Notes under the pieces: model-generated
Told to the model about the DNA's origin: nothing
Database searches by the model: none
What the model saw: only the letters and a program-made list of their open reading frames with translations
Assembly (NCBI GenBank): GCA_043719475.1
Contig: JAYSTS010000293.1
Location: 5,140-69,139, forward strand
Reading direction: 5' to 3'
Length of the DNA: 64,000 nucleotides
Source: Gammaproteobacteria bacterium
GTDB taxonomy: Bacteria > Pseudomonadota > Gammaproteobacteria > Pseudomonadales > Azotimanducaceae
Made by a program: the position numbers and the translations under genes
Shown: in pieces, positions 9,316 through 18,697 of the stretch
How positions within the stretch are numbered: the first letter of the stretch is position 1
How the letters are laid out: every line of letters starts with the position of its first letter

Positions 9316-10485
9316 ATGTGGTCTTGTCTATCATTCGGAGCGGGCGTTCGCGGTTTGCTCACCGGATTGTTTCTGGGGCTTGGCTCGCTGGGCACAGCAC
9401 CCGCGATGGCAGCACCAGCGAATGACCAGGAGCAAGCCAACCAGGCCCTCAAAGTCATCGTCGGTGAACTCAACCAGCTCGATCGCTGGCTGAATGATGC
9501 CGAGCAGAAACAAGCCGGCTTGCAGAAAGAGCTTGCCGGTCATGACCAGCGGGTGGCAGACGTATCCCGCGCACTGGCTTCGACAGACAAAAGTCTCCGC
9601 GACGGAGAGCAGGAAGTGGCAAGGCTTCAATCGGAGCGCTCCGATCTTGACCGGCAAAAAGAAGCGCAAGCCAGTCGAATTTCACGCCATATCAATGCGG
9701 CTTATCGACTGCAACGCCAGGACGTCGTCAGGGCGATGCTTAACGACGAGGCGCCTGCCGATATGGATCGGATGCTGCGCTACCACCGTTACTTCAGCGA
9801 CGCTCGCATGGAATCCGTTCGTGCGTTTCAAACCACGCTGCACGCGATCACTGAAAACGAAGAAAGGCTTGGCGAAGAGCGGAGCACGCTTGAGAAAAAC
9901 CGTGAGGAATTGCTGGGCAAGCAGACCGATCTCGATTCACGGCGTCAGGAACGTACAGGACTGATTCGACAACTCGCACGAGATGTTGCAGATAAAAGCG
10001 CTCGGCAGAAACAGCTCAGCACAGACCGCCAACGACTGGAGCGACTACTCGCAGAATTGGCACGCCGATCACAAGAGCGGTCCAACACTGATTTTCGTGG
10101 TCGACGTGGAAACCTGCCTTTGCCCGTTTCCGGGAATCCGGTGTTCAGGTATGGCGCACCGCGCGCTGATGGTCGATTGCGATGGGAAGGTATGGTCTAT
10201 CGCTCAGAAAAAGGTGCACCGGTTCACGCTGTCCATCGGGGCACAGTTGTGTTCGCGAACTGGTTGCGCGGTTTCGGAATGCTCGCAATCGTCGACCACG
10301 GCAATGGATTTCTGACTTTGTATGGCTACGTAGACGGGCTCAACAAGAACGAAGGTGACGCCGTGGAAAGCGGTGAAGTAATCGCCTATGCGGGACAAAG
10401 CGGCGGACAGCCATTTGACGGCGTCTATTTCGAGATCCGCCACAAGGGAATTGCAATCGACCCCCGCCCCTGGCTGCGCAAGTAG
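9316..10485 (+). CDS. envC: murein hydrolase activator EnvC-like (M23/LytM domain)
   Basis: Signal peptide, long Q/E/R-rich coiled coil, and a C-terminal LytM domain (GFLTLYGY, YFEIRHKG). Follows gpmI. Confidence 0.85.
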   Translation: MWSCLSFGAGVRGLLTGLFLGLGSLGTAPAMAAPANDQEQANQALKVIVGELNQLDRWLNDAEQKQAGLQKELAGHDQRVADVSRALASTDKSLRDGEQEVARLQSERSDLDRQKEAQASRISRHINAAYRLQRQDVVRAMLNDEAPADMDRMLRYHRYFSDARMESVRAFQTTLHAITENEERLGEERSTLEKNREELLGKQTDLDSRRQERTGLIRQLARDVADKSARQKQLSTDRQRLERLLAELARRSQERSNTDFRGRRGNLPLPVSGNPVFRYGAPRADGRLRWEGMVYRSEKGAPVHAVHRGTVVFANWLRGFGMLAIVDHGNGFLTLYGYVDGLNKNEGDAVESGEVIAYAGQSGGQPFDGVYFEIRHKGIAIDPRPWLRK

Positions 10486-11639
10486 TGCATCGCCCAGCAG
10501 TACTGTTGGTCGCAACACTGTGCATGGCAACAGGCATGCTCCTTGGTGTAATGCTTCAACAAGTTCACCCGCTGTCGTCCCGCAACGATCAAAAATTACT
10601 GTTGGATCAGACGATCGAATACGTCACAACGCATTACGTGGATGAAGTAACGCAGCGGCATCTGATTGACGGTGCCTTGACCGGATTGTTTGAAAGCCTT
10701 GATTCTCACTCGCGATTTCTGGGTGTGGATGCGATGCGGGAAATCGCGTCCGAGGCCCGAGGTCACTACGGTGGTGTGGGGCTGGAGGTTTCTCTGGTCG
10801 ACCAGTACTTCACGGTCATTCGCACCCTTCCCGGAACGCCCGCTGACAGCGCTGGCATCGAGCCAGGCGATCGACTCGCCGCCGTCGGGGGCGAGTCGTT
10901 ACGCGGCAAGCGCATCGGCGACGTCATCCAGATGCTGCGAGGCGCACCGGAAACCGATGTTGTCCTCGAAGTAAGACACGGAGAACACCGACGCTCCCTT
11001 CGACTTCGCAGACAGCGCATTGACACGATCTCGGTAGAAGGTGAGAAGATCAACCAGGATATGGGCGTCATTCGAATCTCTCTGTTCACTGACAAGACAG
11101 CCGACGAAGTCAAAGAAATTCTCGCGATTCTGGATAACGTTGCAACACCCCTCAGGGGGTTGATTCTGGATCTGCGGAACAACCCTGGAGGATTACTGAC
11201 CTCAGCAGTCGATGTCGCGGACCTGTTCCTCCCCAACGGACTGATCGTACGTACCCAGGGTCGCTCACCAGAAAGTACATCCAGATACGAAGCAACTGTC
11301 GGTGATATTGCACACAACCTGCCGCTTGCCATTCTCACTGACGGCGCCACGGCATCGGCTGCAGAAGTCGTCACTGGAGCCTTGCAGGACTCCAAACGCG
11401 CGGTCGTTATCGGGTCGACAACCTACGGCAAGGGCTCTGTTCAGACGTTGTTTGGTGTCGAAGGGAAGAGAGGCATCAAGTTGACCACAGCCCGCTACTA
11501 CACCCCGCGTGGCAAGGTGATCGATGGCAATGGCATCGAACCCGATGTCGATTGGACCGGTGATTACGGATCACTTCCTGCGTTCGCCGCCAGGACCCTG
11601 CACGATGTATCTACCTCGAGTGCATCTACCTCGCAGTGA
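10485..11639 (+). CDS. ctpA: carboxy-terminal processing peptidase, S41 family
   Basis: PDZ segment (GIEPGDRLAAVGG) and S41 core (LDLRNNPGGLL, GATASAAEVV, YGKGSVQT). GTG start overlaps the envC stop by 1 nt. Confidence 0.88.
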   Translation: MHRPAVLLVATLCMATGMLLGVMLQQVHPLSSRNDQKLLLDQTIEYVTTHYVDEVTQRHLIDGALTGLFESLDSHSRFLGVDAMREIASEARGHYGGVGLEVSLVDQYFTVIRTLPGTPADSAGIEPGDRLAAVGGESLRGKRIGDVIQMLRGAPETDVVLEVRHGEHRRSLRLRRQRIDTISVEGEKINQDMGVIRISLFTDKTADEVKEILAILDNVATPLRGLILDLRNNPGGLLTSAVDVADLFLPNGLIVRTQGRSPESTSRYEATVGDIAHNLPLAILTDGATASAAEVVTGALQDSKRAVVIGSTTYGKGSVQTLFGVEGKRGIKLTTARYYTPRGKVIDGNGIEPDVDWTGDYGSLPAFAARTLHDVSTSSASTSQ

Positions 11640-11675
11640 TTCAGCCAATACCCCATCATGGCAACCCGGTAAGGC

Positions 11676-12023
11676 ATGACCAATCATCAACTATCCAACT
11701 TTCTCTCTATGACAGACCAGTACACACGGACCATTCTCACCACCGAACTTGCGGAAAACAGCAGCCGATGCATGGATATCAACGGTACCAATATCCTGAT
11801 ATGCCGGTCGGGCGGGGAGTACTTTGCTGTTCGCAACCTTTGTACGCATGCCGACTCACCGCTGGACAGTGGGCGTATTCGCAATCGGATGGTCTCATGC
11901 CCTTTGCACGGCATGCGGTATGAGCTGGCAACCGGCAAACCGTTTGGCCAGCTGACCCGGATTCCGCTCAGCACATTTCCGATTCGCATTGTGGACGGCT
12001 ACCTTGAGGTGGCGGTCAGCTGA
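11676..12023 (+). CDS. Rieske (2Fe-2S) ferredoxin-type protein
   Basis: CTHADSPL...CPLHGMRY gives the CxH...CxxH Rieske ligand pattern. The start may be the internal Met (MTDQYTR). Confidence 0.75.
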   Translation: MTNHQLSNFLSMTDQYTRTILTTELAENSSRCMDINGTNILICRSGGEYFAVRNLCTHADSPLDSGRIRNRMVSCPLHGMRYELATGKPFGQLTRIPLSTFPIRIVDGYLEVAVS

Positions 12024-12061
12024 TACGCTCTTGGTATCAGGATCTTTCAACGTCGGAGGCA

Positions 12062-12547
12062 ATGATGATCAGGGGCGTCCACCACGTAGCCATATCTACC
12101 CCAAACCTCGAGCGGATCGTTGCGTTTTATCGAGATATTGTTGGCGCGGAAGTCGTTTATGAAGGGGGCTGGCAACGAGGGTCGGACGTCATCGATGGAA
12201 TCGTCGGCCTGAAGAACTCGGAAGCCAAGCAGGCGATGCTGAAACTCGGAAACGCCTATCTCGAGTTCTTTGAATACGTTTCCCCTGCCGGCGATCCGAA
12301 GAACCCTAAGTACGGGGTCAATGATCACGGCTATACCCATTTTGCGCTGGACGTGCAGGACATCGACGCGGAATACGAACGGCTGTCTCGAGGCGGAATG
12401 ACCTTTAATTGTCCGCCACCAAACTTCCCGGGCAGCCCCATAAGAGCAACCTACGGACGAGATCCGGACGGCAACGTCATCGAAATTCAGGAAATCCGCG
12501 ACCCCGCACATGGCTTCGCACTGGAGAGAACCAAAACTCGCCTCTGA
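12062..12547 (+). CDS. VOC/glyoxalase family protein
   Basis: IRGVHHVAISTPNLERIVAFYRDIVG, HFALDV and DPDGNVIEIQE are typical of the vicinal oxygen chelate fold. Confidence 0.75.
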   Translation: MMIRGVHHVAISTPNLERIVAFYRDIVGAEVVYEGGWQRGSDVIDGIVGLKNSEAKQAMLKLGNAYLEFFEYVSPAGDPKNPKYGVNDHGYTHFALDVQDIDAEYERLSRGGMTFNCPPPNFPGSPIRATYGRDPDGNVIEIQEIRDPAHGFALERTKTRL

Positions 12548-12738
12548 ACGTAACCTGACGGTAGTCTGGCGTTCAACCCTGCCCTCACTTATGCTCCCTC
12601 TCGCCAGCCGCTCGATTGGCTCGCACATAACAAAAATTACCGTCCGGCCACGATGCCGGATGGGACAGCAGGACTGGGGGAAGCATCCTGTTCACAACGG
12701 CCATCAGGCGCGGTTTTGCGTTCGCCTGTTTTTCACTC

Positions 12739-13482
12739 TTGCCGATTTCCGGCATCACCGCTGAACTGGCGATCGTCATCGACGATCTCGGTTATCACGC
12801 AGATCGTGCGGAGCGCATCCTGCATCTGCCTGGCCCCCTGACACTCGCCGTATTGCCAAACACACCCGGCGGTGTCCAACTTGCGCAGCGAGCACCCGGC
12901 TTTGGCAAAGAAGTCATTCTGCATCAACCGATGGAAGCCACGCCGTCTCGCTGGGCATTGAGAGAGCCAGGAACGCTCATGGCATCAATGAGTGCCCAGG
13001 AGTTTGATCGTACCTTTGAAGCTGCTCTTGATCGGCTGCCGAACCTGGCGGGAGTCAGCAATCACACCGGCAGCTTGCTGACCAGTTCGCCAGCGGCCAT
13101 GCAGCGACTGATGGCCATCGTCAAAAAGAGAAATCTCTACTTCCTGGACAGCCGTACTACTGCCGCCACGGTCGCGCTGGATGTGGCGGAAGCCAACCTG
13201 GTACCCGCGACGCATCGTGATGTCTTCCTCGACAACGTCCTTTCTCTGGAGGCTATCCACAGCGCGTTCAAGGATGCGATTGCAAAGGCTCGCAAAAATG
13301 GGAAGGCCATCGTGATCGGTCATCCTCACGAAGCGACAATTCGATATCTGGAGCATGTGCTTTATGCGCTGCCGAGCGACATCACCCTCGTTTCGGCTGG
13401 TTCTCTCGCGCATTCCAGTTATCCAGCAACTGCTGTCCCGCAGCAAGTTGCAATGTCCCCGCATAGAGCGCTCGCCCAGTAA
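12739..13482 (+). CDS. yibQ: divergent polysaccharide deacetylase family protein (YibQ-like)
   Basis: AIVIDDLGY, GVSNHTGS and IVIGHPH motifs, plus synteny with gpmI-envC-ctpA. TTG 12739 is the first canonical start, but a signal-peptide-like stretch is open in frame upstream (see findings). Confidence 0.72.
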   Translation: MPISGITAELAIVIDDLGYHADRAERILHLPGPLTLAVLPNTPGGVQLAQRAPGFGKEVILHQPMEATPSRWALREPGTLMASMSAQEFDRTFEAALDRLPNLAGVSNHTGSLLTSSPAAMQRLMAIVKKRNLYFLDSRTTAATVALDVAEANLVPATHRDVFLDNVLSLEAIHSAFKDAIAKARKNGKAIVIGHPHEATIRYLEHVLYALPSDITLVSAGSLAHSSYPATAVPQQVAMSPHRALAQ

Positions 13483-14155
13483 TCACCCCAGCCAAGTCGC
13501 TCCCTTCTGACTCCGCCACTGCGCGACACAATCGCTCCAGATCTTCGAGTTGGTGCACACCACCCGAGGCAATCACCGGTATGCGCGTACAACGAGCCAG
13601 CGCCAGGGTTGACTCGATGTTGACGCCCTCAAGCATGCCGTCGCGATCGATATCGGTATAGACAATGCCCGCCAGCGGCAGATGCTCAACTGACCGCGCA
13701 AAGTCAGTTGCCTGAACTTCCGTAGTCCGATCCCAACCTGCCGTTGCCAGTCGACCTGCACGCGCGTCCAGTCCGAGTAGAATCTTCTCTGGAAATTGCC
13801 TGGCCAGTTCTTCAAGAAAGGCGGGCTCTTCAATAGCCCTCGTGCCAACGATCAACCGAGCCACACCGACGGCAAAATAGGCCTTCGCAATCGCAAGCGA
13901 ACGAACGCCGCCTCCAAGCTGAACCGGCACACCAGGAATTGCCGCTACCATGCGCCCGACCAATTCCCGATTGCGCGGCTGACCGGCAAAGGCGCCGTCG
14001 AGGTCCACAATATGCAATCGACGTGCCCCCTGTGCAGCCCAGCTTCGGGCTGTCGCGACCGGGTCGTCCGAGAAAATCGTTGCTTCGTCCATGCGGCCCT
14101 GACGAAGGCGTACACACTGACCTTCCTTGAGATCGATGGCAGGAATCAGCTCCAT
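13382..14155 (-). CDS. hisA: ProFAR isomerase HisA
   Basis: MELIPAIDLKEGQCVRLRQG...HIVDLDGA...GGGVRS...VITGRALY is HisA-like. Confidence 0.93.
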   Translation of the reverse strand: MELIPAIDLKEGQCVRLRQGRMDEATIFSDDPVATARSWAAQGARRLHIVDLDGAFAGQPRNRELVGRMVAAIPGVPVQLGGGVRSLAIAKAYFAVGVARLIVGTRAIEEPAFLEELARQFPEKILLGLDARAGRLATAGWDRTTEVQATDFARSVEHLPLAGIVYTDIDRDGMLEGVNIESTLALARCTRIPVIASGGVHQLEDLERLCRAVAESEGSDLAGVITGRALYAGTLQLAAGQQLLDNWNARENQPKRG

Positions 14156-14163
14156 GGTTACAC

Positions 14164-14757
14164 CTACAACGAACCTTTGGTCGACGGGATCACTCCACCC
14201 ATTCTCGGATCCTGCGTAACCGCCATTCTCAAGGCTCGACCAAAAGCCTTGAACAGGGTCTCCGCCTGATGGTGTGCGTTGTCGCCGCGCAGATTGTCGA
14301 GATGCACCGTTGCCTGGGCGTGATTGACAAAACCCTGGAAAAACTCTCGCAGCAGGTCGACATCAAAATCGCCGACCCGCGCTCTGGTGTAATTGACGTG
14401 ATAAAACAGTCCCGGTCGTCCCGACAGATCAATCACTGCCCTGGACAGCGCTTCATCCAGCGGTACATACGCGTGTCCATACCGAAACAGACCAGACTTG
14501 TTACCGGCAGCCTGTGCAAAAGCCTGACCGAGAACGATACCAACGTCTTCCACGGTATGGTGCGCATCGACCTCCAGATCTCCCTCGGCATTGACATCCA
14601 GGTCGATTGATCCGTGGCGGGCGACCTGCGCCAGCATGTGATCGAAAAAAGGCAGACCGGTCGCGAGCTGATGCGCACCGGAGCCGTCCAGATCCAGGCG
14701 AAGCGAGATACGCGTTTCCTGCGTGTTACGAGTGACCGCCGCTGTTCGATTGGCCAT
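14164..14757 (-). CDS. hisB: imidazoleglycerol-phosphate dehydratase HisB
   Basis: [37 protein letters not shown] and [17 protein letters not shown] are typical of IGPD. Confidence 0.95.
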   Translation of the reverse strand: MANRTAAVTRNTQETRISLRLDLDGSGAHQLATGLPFFDHMLAQVARHGSIDLDVNAEGDLEVDAHHTVEDVGIVLGQAFAQAAGNKSGLFRYGHAYVPLDEALSRAVIDLSGRPGLFYHVNYTRARVGDFDVDLLREFFQGFVNHAQATVHLDNLRGDNAHHQAETLFKAFGRALRMAVTQDPRMGGVIPSTKGSL

Positions 14758-14854
14758 TGAAGGAGTACTGAAAAAGAAGGCGCGGCAGTATACCTGTTCG
14801 GAATTGTCGCCAGCATCCGCGATATCGGCGGCCCCGCAGCCCTCCTTAAGCTGC

Positions 14855-15226
14855 CTACTTGAGACGATCCATCAGGCTGCCATGCGGCAAAAAACGGTTT
14901 TCCGAATTGGCCTTGATCCAGATGGTCAGCTCAGATGGATAAGTGCCGCGTTTTTTGAGCTCGCGAACCAGCAGAATAACTGGCGATTTCGCGCCGGCCT
15001 CCCAACCGGGAACTTCTTTTTCACCCTTCGCAAATACCCTGATCAACGCATGAAGATCAGCATCAACTAGCGTGGCCGCAGCCGCAGCCCAATCCACACT
15101 CCCATGTCGAGCGACCACTGCAGTACGCCTGACTGCGTTTGCATCCAGCCCAAGACCAGGTTGATCCAATCGGTCAGCCAGCGCGACGAGTTCCGCGAGA
15201 AGTACAGGCGTAAGAATGAGTCGCAT
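14855..15226 (-). CDS. hypothetical protein (start uncertain)
   Basis: Only the C-terminal ~123 codons of the tracked 200-aa ORF look protein-like ([20 protein letters not shown]...[19 protein letters not shown]). The longer version would overlap a plausible plus-strand gene. Confidence 0.4.
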   Translation of the reverse strand: MRLILTPVLLAELVALADRLDQPGLGLDANAVRRTAVVARHGSVDWAAAAATLVDADLHALIRVFAKGEKEVPGWEAGAKSPVILLVRELKKRGTYPSELTIWIKANSENRFLPHGSLMDRLK

Positions 15227-15409
15227 GCTGGCAGGGTCAAAGCTGTCTACGGCCATATCCGCTGGATATCCGACTATCGTGATGGTGTTACTGCTTATAC
15301 TAGCGCGACACGCCGTGGGTTCGCTTACAACCTTCATACAGCCTCGCGCAGACTTTGTGCTGCAATGGACATATTCCTTACGTGGCATGACGAAGTTCAC
15401 AGGTATTTC

Positions 15410-15625
15410 ATGAACGACAGGATCTATCAGGACGGCGACAATCGATGGTACTTCCATGTACGAGGCAATCAGATTGTCGGTCCGTTCGTTTCATCTGAGC
15501 AGGCAGAAAGTGGTCTGCTCAAACACGTATCTGTGTGCAGGACCAGAACGTCCAGCCGCTTTCGCTGGCCACGCATCATGCTACCCGGCCGACTTTGGCG
15601 TGGTGCGTCGACGCCACCGCGATAG
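15410..15625 (+). CDS. small hypothetical protein, DUF6316-like
   Basis: RIYQDGDNRWYFHVRGNQIVGPFVSSEQAE resembles a small conserved proteobacterial family recalled from memory. An alternative ATG is at 15365. Confidence 0.4.
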   Translation: MNDRIYQDGDNRWYFHVRGNQIVGPFVSSEQAESGLLKHVSVCRTRTSSRFRWPRIMLPGRLWRGASTPPR

Positions 15626-15672
15626 ACCTACACCCCTGCTGACCCGATCGACTTTTCAATTCGAGACGTACG

Positions 15673-16737
15673 GTGAGTGATTGGTTTGCGGACCAACTGC
15701 TCGGTTGGTATGCGCTCCATGGCCGCAAACATCTACCTTGGCAGCACCTTCGATCACCGTATCGAGTCTGGCTGTCAGAAGTCATGCTGCAACAGACTCA
15801 GGTACAGACAGCACTGCCCTACTTCGAGCGATTTCTGATCCGATTCCCTGACCTGGCGAGCCTTTCGCAGGCACCGATCGATGAGGTGCTCCATCTATGG
15901 TCAGGCCTCGGTTACTACAGCCGCGCTCGCAATCTGCACAAAGCCGCGCAAGTCCTTATGAAGGACCATGACGGACAATTTCCCAAAGATATTAAAGCGC
16001 TTGAACTTTTGCCGGGCGTCGGTCGCTCGACTGCTGGCGCCATCGCGGCCATGGCCTTCGGGGAGAAGGCGGCCATACTCGACGGTAACGTGAAGCGCGT
16101 GCTCTGCCGGTTTCATTCTGTCGCGGGATATCCCGGCGACGGTGCAGTGTCCAGGCGTCTATGGACCCTTGCGGAAGAACACACGCCAGACGAACAGATT
16201 GCCGACTATACCCAGGCCATCATGGATCTAGGCGCAACGGTGTGCACACGGCGTAAACCGGTTTGTACCGAATGTCCCCTCTTCGAACGGTGCGACGCAC
16301 GCATTCTTGGCGCGGTTGATCGTTTTCCTCAGCCTAAACCAAGACGCCCCCTGCCTGAGCAAGAGCGCATTTTTGTCCTTCTGGTCGCAGGAGATGGCGC
16401 GTGTTTACTCGAACGGCGACCGCCCTCTGGCATCTGGGGCGGACTGTGGTCACCTCCTGAAAGGCCGAAACACACCACGCATCGAGCATTTGAGGAAGAA
16501 TTCGGGACGGAGTTGATCGAACATGCTTCAATCATAATCCAGCCGTTTGTCCATACTTTCACGCATTTCCGGTTGCTGGTACGTCCGCAGGTTTTTGAAG
16601 TAGCTGGCAACTCGACCCGGCAGATCGCTGAACACGCCGATCGTCTATGGTATTGCCCAGGTGACAATCAACCGATCGGACTGTCGGCCGTGGCCAGTCG
16701 GTTGTTACGCGAACTCAAGGAGATATGGTCAACGTGA
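15673..16737 (+). CDS. mutY: A/G-specific adenine DNA glycosylase MutY
   Basis: HhH-GPD region (LPGVGRSTAGAIAAMAF), Fe-S cluster loop CTRRKPVCTECPLFERC, and a NUDIX-like C-terminal domain. Confidence 0.92.
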   Translation: MSDWFADQLLGWYALHGRKHLPWQHLRSPYRVWLSEVMLQQTQVQTALPYFERFLIRFPDLASLSQAPIDEVLHLWSGLGYYSRARNLHKAAQVLMKDHDGQFPKDIKALELLPGVGRSTAGAIAAMAFGEKAAILDGNVKRVLCRFHSVAGYPGDGAVSRRLWTLAEEHTPDEQIADYTQAIMDLGATVCTRRKPVCTECPLFERCDARILGAVDRFPQPKPRRPLPEQERIFVLLVAGDGACLLERRPPSGIWGGLWSPPERPKHTTHRAFEEEFGTELIEHASIIIQPFVHTFTHFRLLVRPQVFEVAGNSTRQIAEHADRLWYCPGDNQPIGLSAVASRLLRELKEIWST

Positions 16738-16742
16738 CAAGA

Positions 16743-17006
16743 ATGATAACGTGCCGCAAGTACGGAACCTCTCTGGAGGGCCTGGATGTCCCGCCATTGC
16801 CAGGCAAACGTGGCGAAACCATCTTTGCGACCATTTCAAAACAGGCATGGACGGAGTGGCAGGCGCTGCAAACCACTCTCATCAACGAGAAGCACCTGCG
16901 GCTTATCGAGCCGGAAGCTAGACGCTATTTAAACGAGCAGATGGAGCGTTTCTTCAACAACGAGGGAACAGATGTTGCAGAGCACTTTGAGCCGAAAATC
17001 GAGTAA
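16743..17006 (+). CDS. yggX: Fe(2+)-trafficking / oxidative damage protection protein YggX
   Basis: MITCRKYGTSLEGLDVPPLPGKRGETIFATISKQAWTEWQ...INEKHL is YggX-like, immediately after mutY. Confidence 0.88.
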   Translation: MITCRKYGTSLEGLDVPPLPGKRGETIFATISKQAWTEWQALQTTLINEKHLRLIEPEARRYLNEQMERFFNNEGTDVAEHFEPKIE

Positions 17007-18486
17007 CCGAGCGGCCTGGTACGGGCTGACGTTCGTCTGTCTGCTGGCTGCCTGTACGACAATCGACGGCTACCGTGTACCACCGCTCCCCTCCACAGCA
17101 CCGTTTGCGGGCGCGACCGTCAACCCACGTTTGTACTACGTCGATAGTCTGATTCCGCGCAGCCCGTGTACAAACTACGATCCATCCACCCGCACCTGTA
17201 CTGCCGGTAGAGAGCTCGCATTCAGCGGTCTTGACGCTGCCAACAACATGGCCCAGGCAGGAGATGTGGTCGTGCTTCGCGGCGGACTTTACTCATCACC
17301 CATCCGACCCGCTGCTTCCGGCACCGCTCAAGCGCCGATTACATACCGCAGCCAGACGGGCGAAGTCGCCTCAATCTCTGTTCAGGATGAGCCTGCAATC
17401 CAGCTCAAGGGTGTACAGCACATCATCATATCCGGTCTCGTACTGCGCGACTCATTGGGGTGGGGACGACTAGAGGATGCTCACTACAATGTCATCTCCG
17501 CCAACAAATTCATTGAAGCGCTGGCACGTGGTACTACCGGTGGCCTAAAACTCGTCCGCAGTCACTTCAATCAGATCCAGAAGAACAGCTTCTATCGCGG
17601 CAACGACAGCATTGTCTTGCAGGAGTCCGATCACAATCTCGTTGCTTTCAATCACCTTGAGTTTGCACGTCACAGCCTGGTCAGCATCCGATGCAGCAAC
17701 TTCAACGTGATACGGGGCAACTACCTGCACAATGAGCGGCAAAAGGCCTCGGAAATCTACGACTGCGAGGGCATCAGCGATGCGCCGATGCGATTCGACG
17801 CAACCAAGCGCAATCTGTTCGAAGGAAACAACTTTGCCCACGTTACCGGATCAAGCCAGCCCGACAAGTACAACGGAATCCAGTACAGCCAACAACTGGG
17901 AATCGTGCGCAGCAATCTGTTTACCGACAACCAAGGTGGCGCCATTCACTTCGCGGTCTATGAACAGGAAGCTCTCTACAACTATGGCAATCGTGTCTAC
18001 GCCAACTGGTTTGTAGCCAATCGATGCCACGCCGTGAGTGGCTCGATCGGCACTCCACTAAGGGCCAACGACAATCGCGTATTCGGTAACCTTCTGGCAC
18101 GTAACACGGATTGTTACGGCAGCATCGACAACAAACCACGCGCGGCGATTTTCAGCAGCACGGAAAACGTCGACTCACCTTCGGGAGAAAACAATCTGCC
18201 CATCATCTGGCATGCCCGCACCCAGACCAGCGGCACCGGAAGGGTAGTAGAAATCAACGACGTTCTGCCATTCTTTGATGGTTTTGCCATACACGGTGAA
18301 ATCGGCGATGAACTTGAATTCGAAAATTCAGGCCAAACAGCGCGTCTACAACAAATCGACTACGCCGCAGGGACCTTGCAGCTTGATCGGGACATAAGCT
18401 GGACCGCCGGGGCGGGAATCCGAATCACTCGCCAGTCACTACCCGATCCCAGGAGTGCCTTGCCAAACCCGGCAATTCGCCACTAG
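16972..18486 (+). CDS. right-handed parallel beta-helix lipoprotein
   Basis: Lipobox LLAAC, then repeated PbH1-like turns (HYNVISANKF, FNQIQKNSF, HNLVAFNHL, NFNVIRGNYL). Confidence 0.6.
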   Translation: MLQSTLSRKSSNRAAWYGLTFVCLLAACTTIDGYRVPPLPSTAPFAGATVNPRLYYVDSLIPRSPCTNYDPSTRTCTAGRELAFSGLDAANNMAQAGDVVVLRGGLYSSPIRPAASGTAQAPITYRSQTGEVASISVQDEPAIQLKGVQHIIISGLVLRDSLGWGRLEDAHYNVISANKFIEALARGTTGGLKLVRSHFNQIQKNSFYRGNDSIVLQESDHNLVAFNHLEFARHSLVSIRCSNFNVIRGNYLHNERQKASEIYDCEGISDAPMRFDATKRNLFEGNNFAHVTGSSQPDKYNGIQYSQQLGIVRSNLFTDNQGGAIHFAVYEQEALYNYGNRVYANWFVANRCHAVSGSIGTPLRANDNRVFGNLLARNTDCYGSIDNKPRAAIFSSTENVDSPSGENNLPIIWHARTQTSGTGRVVEINDVLPFFDGFAIHGEIGDELEFENSGQTARLQQIDYAAGTLQLDRDISWTAGAGIRITRQSLPDPRSALPNPAIRH

Positions 18487-18537
18487 ACAGCGTGGGAACA
18501 ACGTAGTACTTTTTCGACTGGCCCGGATTTCTTTGCT

Positions 18538-18633
18538 GGAACCAGGACCACGAAAAAAAGGCAAGGCAAGGCAAGGCAAGACAGGGAAAAAAAACAGGAA
18601 AAGACAGGAAGAGACAGGAAGAGAAAAGGCAGA
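18538..18633. repeat. 96-nt T-free polypurine-rich tract with two tandem repeats
   Basis: No T on the plus strand from 18538 to 18633. It contains (GGCAA)x4 at 18560-18579 and three tandem 10-mers ACAGGAA(A/G)AG at 18594-18623. It lies between the beta-helix gene stop and panB. Confidence 0.9.
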
Positions 18634-18697
18634 TAGAAACGTCCCCACTCCCGTGAGTCATCACGTGGACTTGATCCCAACAGGACAGGTACCCATC

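Noticed and set aside
10766-11395. 209-aa minus-strand ORF.
   Set aside because: It is antisense to the S41 peptidase gene and is S/R/P-rich.
18455-18697. 81-codon N-terminal extension of panB in the ORF track (KKGKARQGKTGKKNRKRQEE...).
   Set aside because: It is a translation of the polypurine repeat tract. PanB homology begins at MNILDF (ATG 18698).
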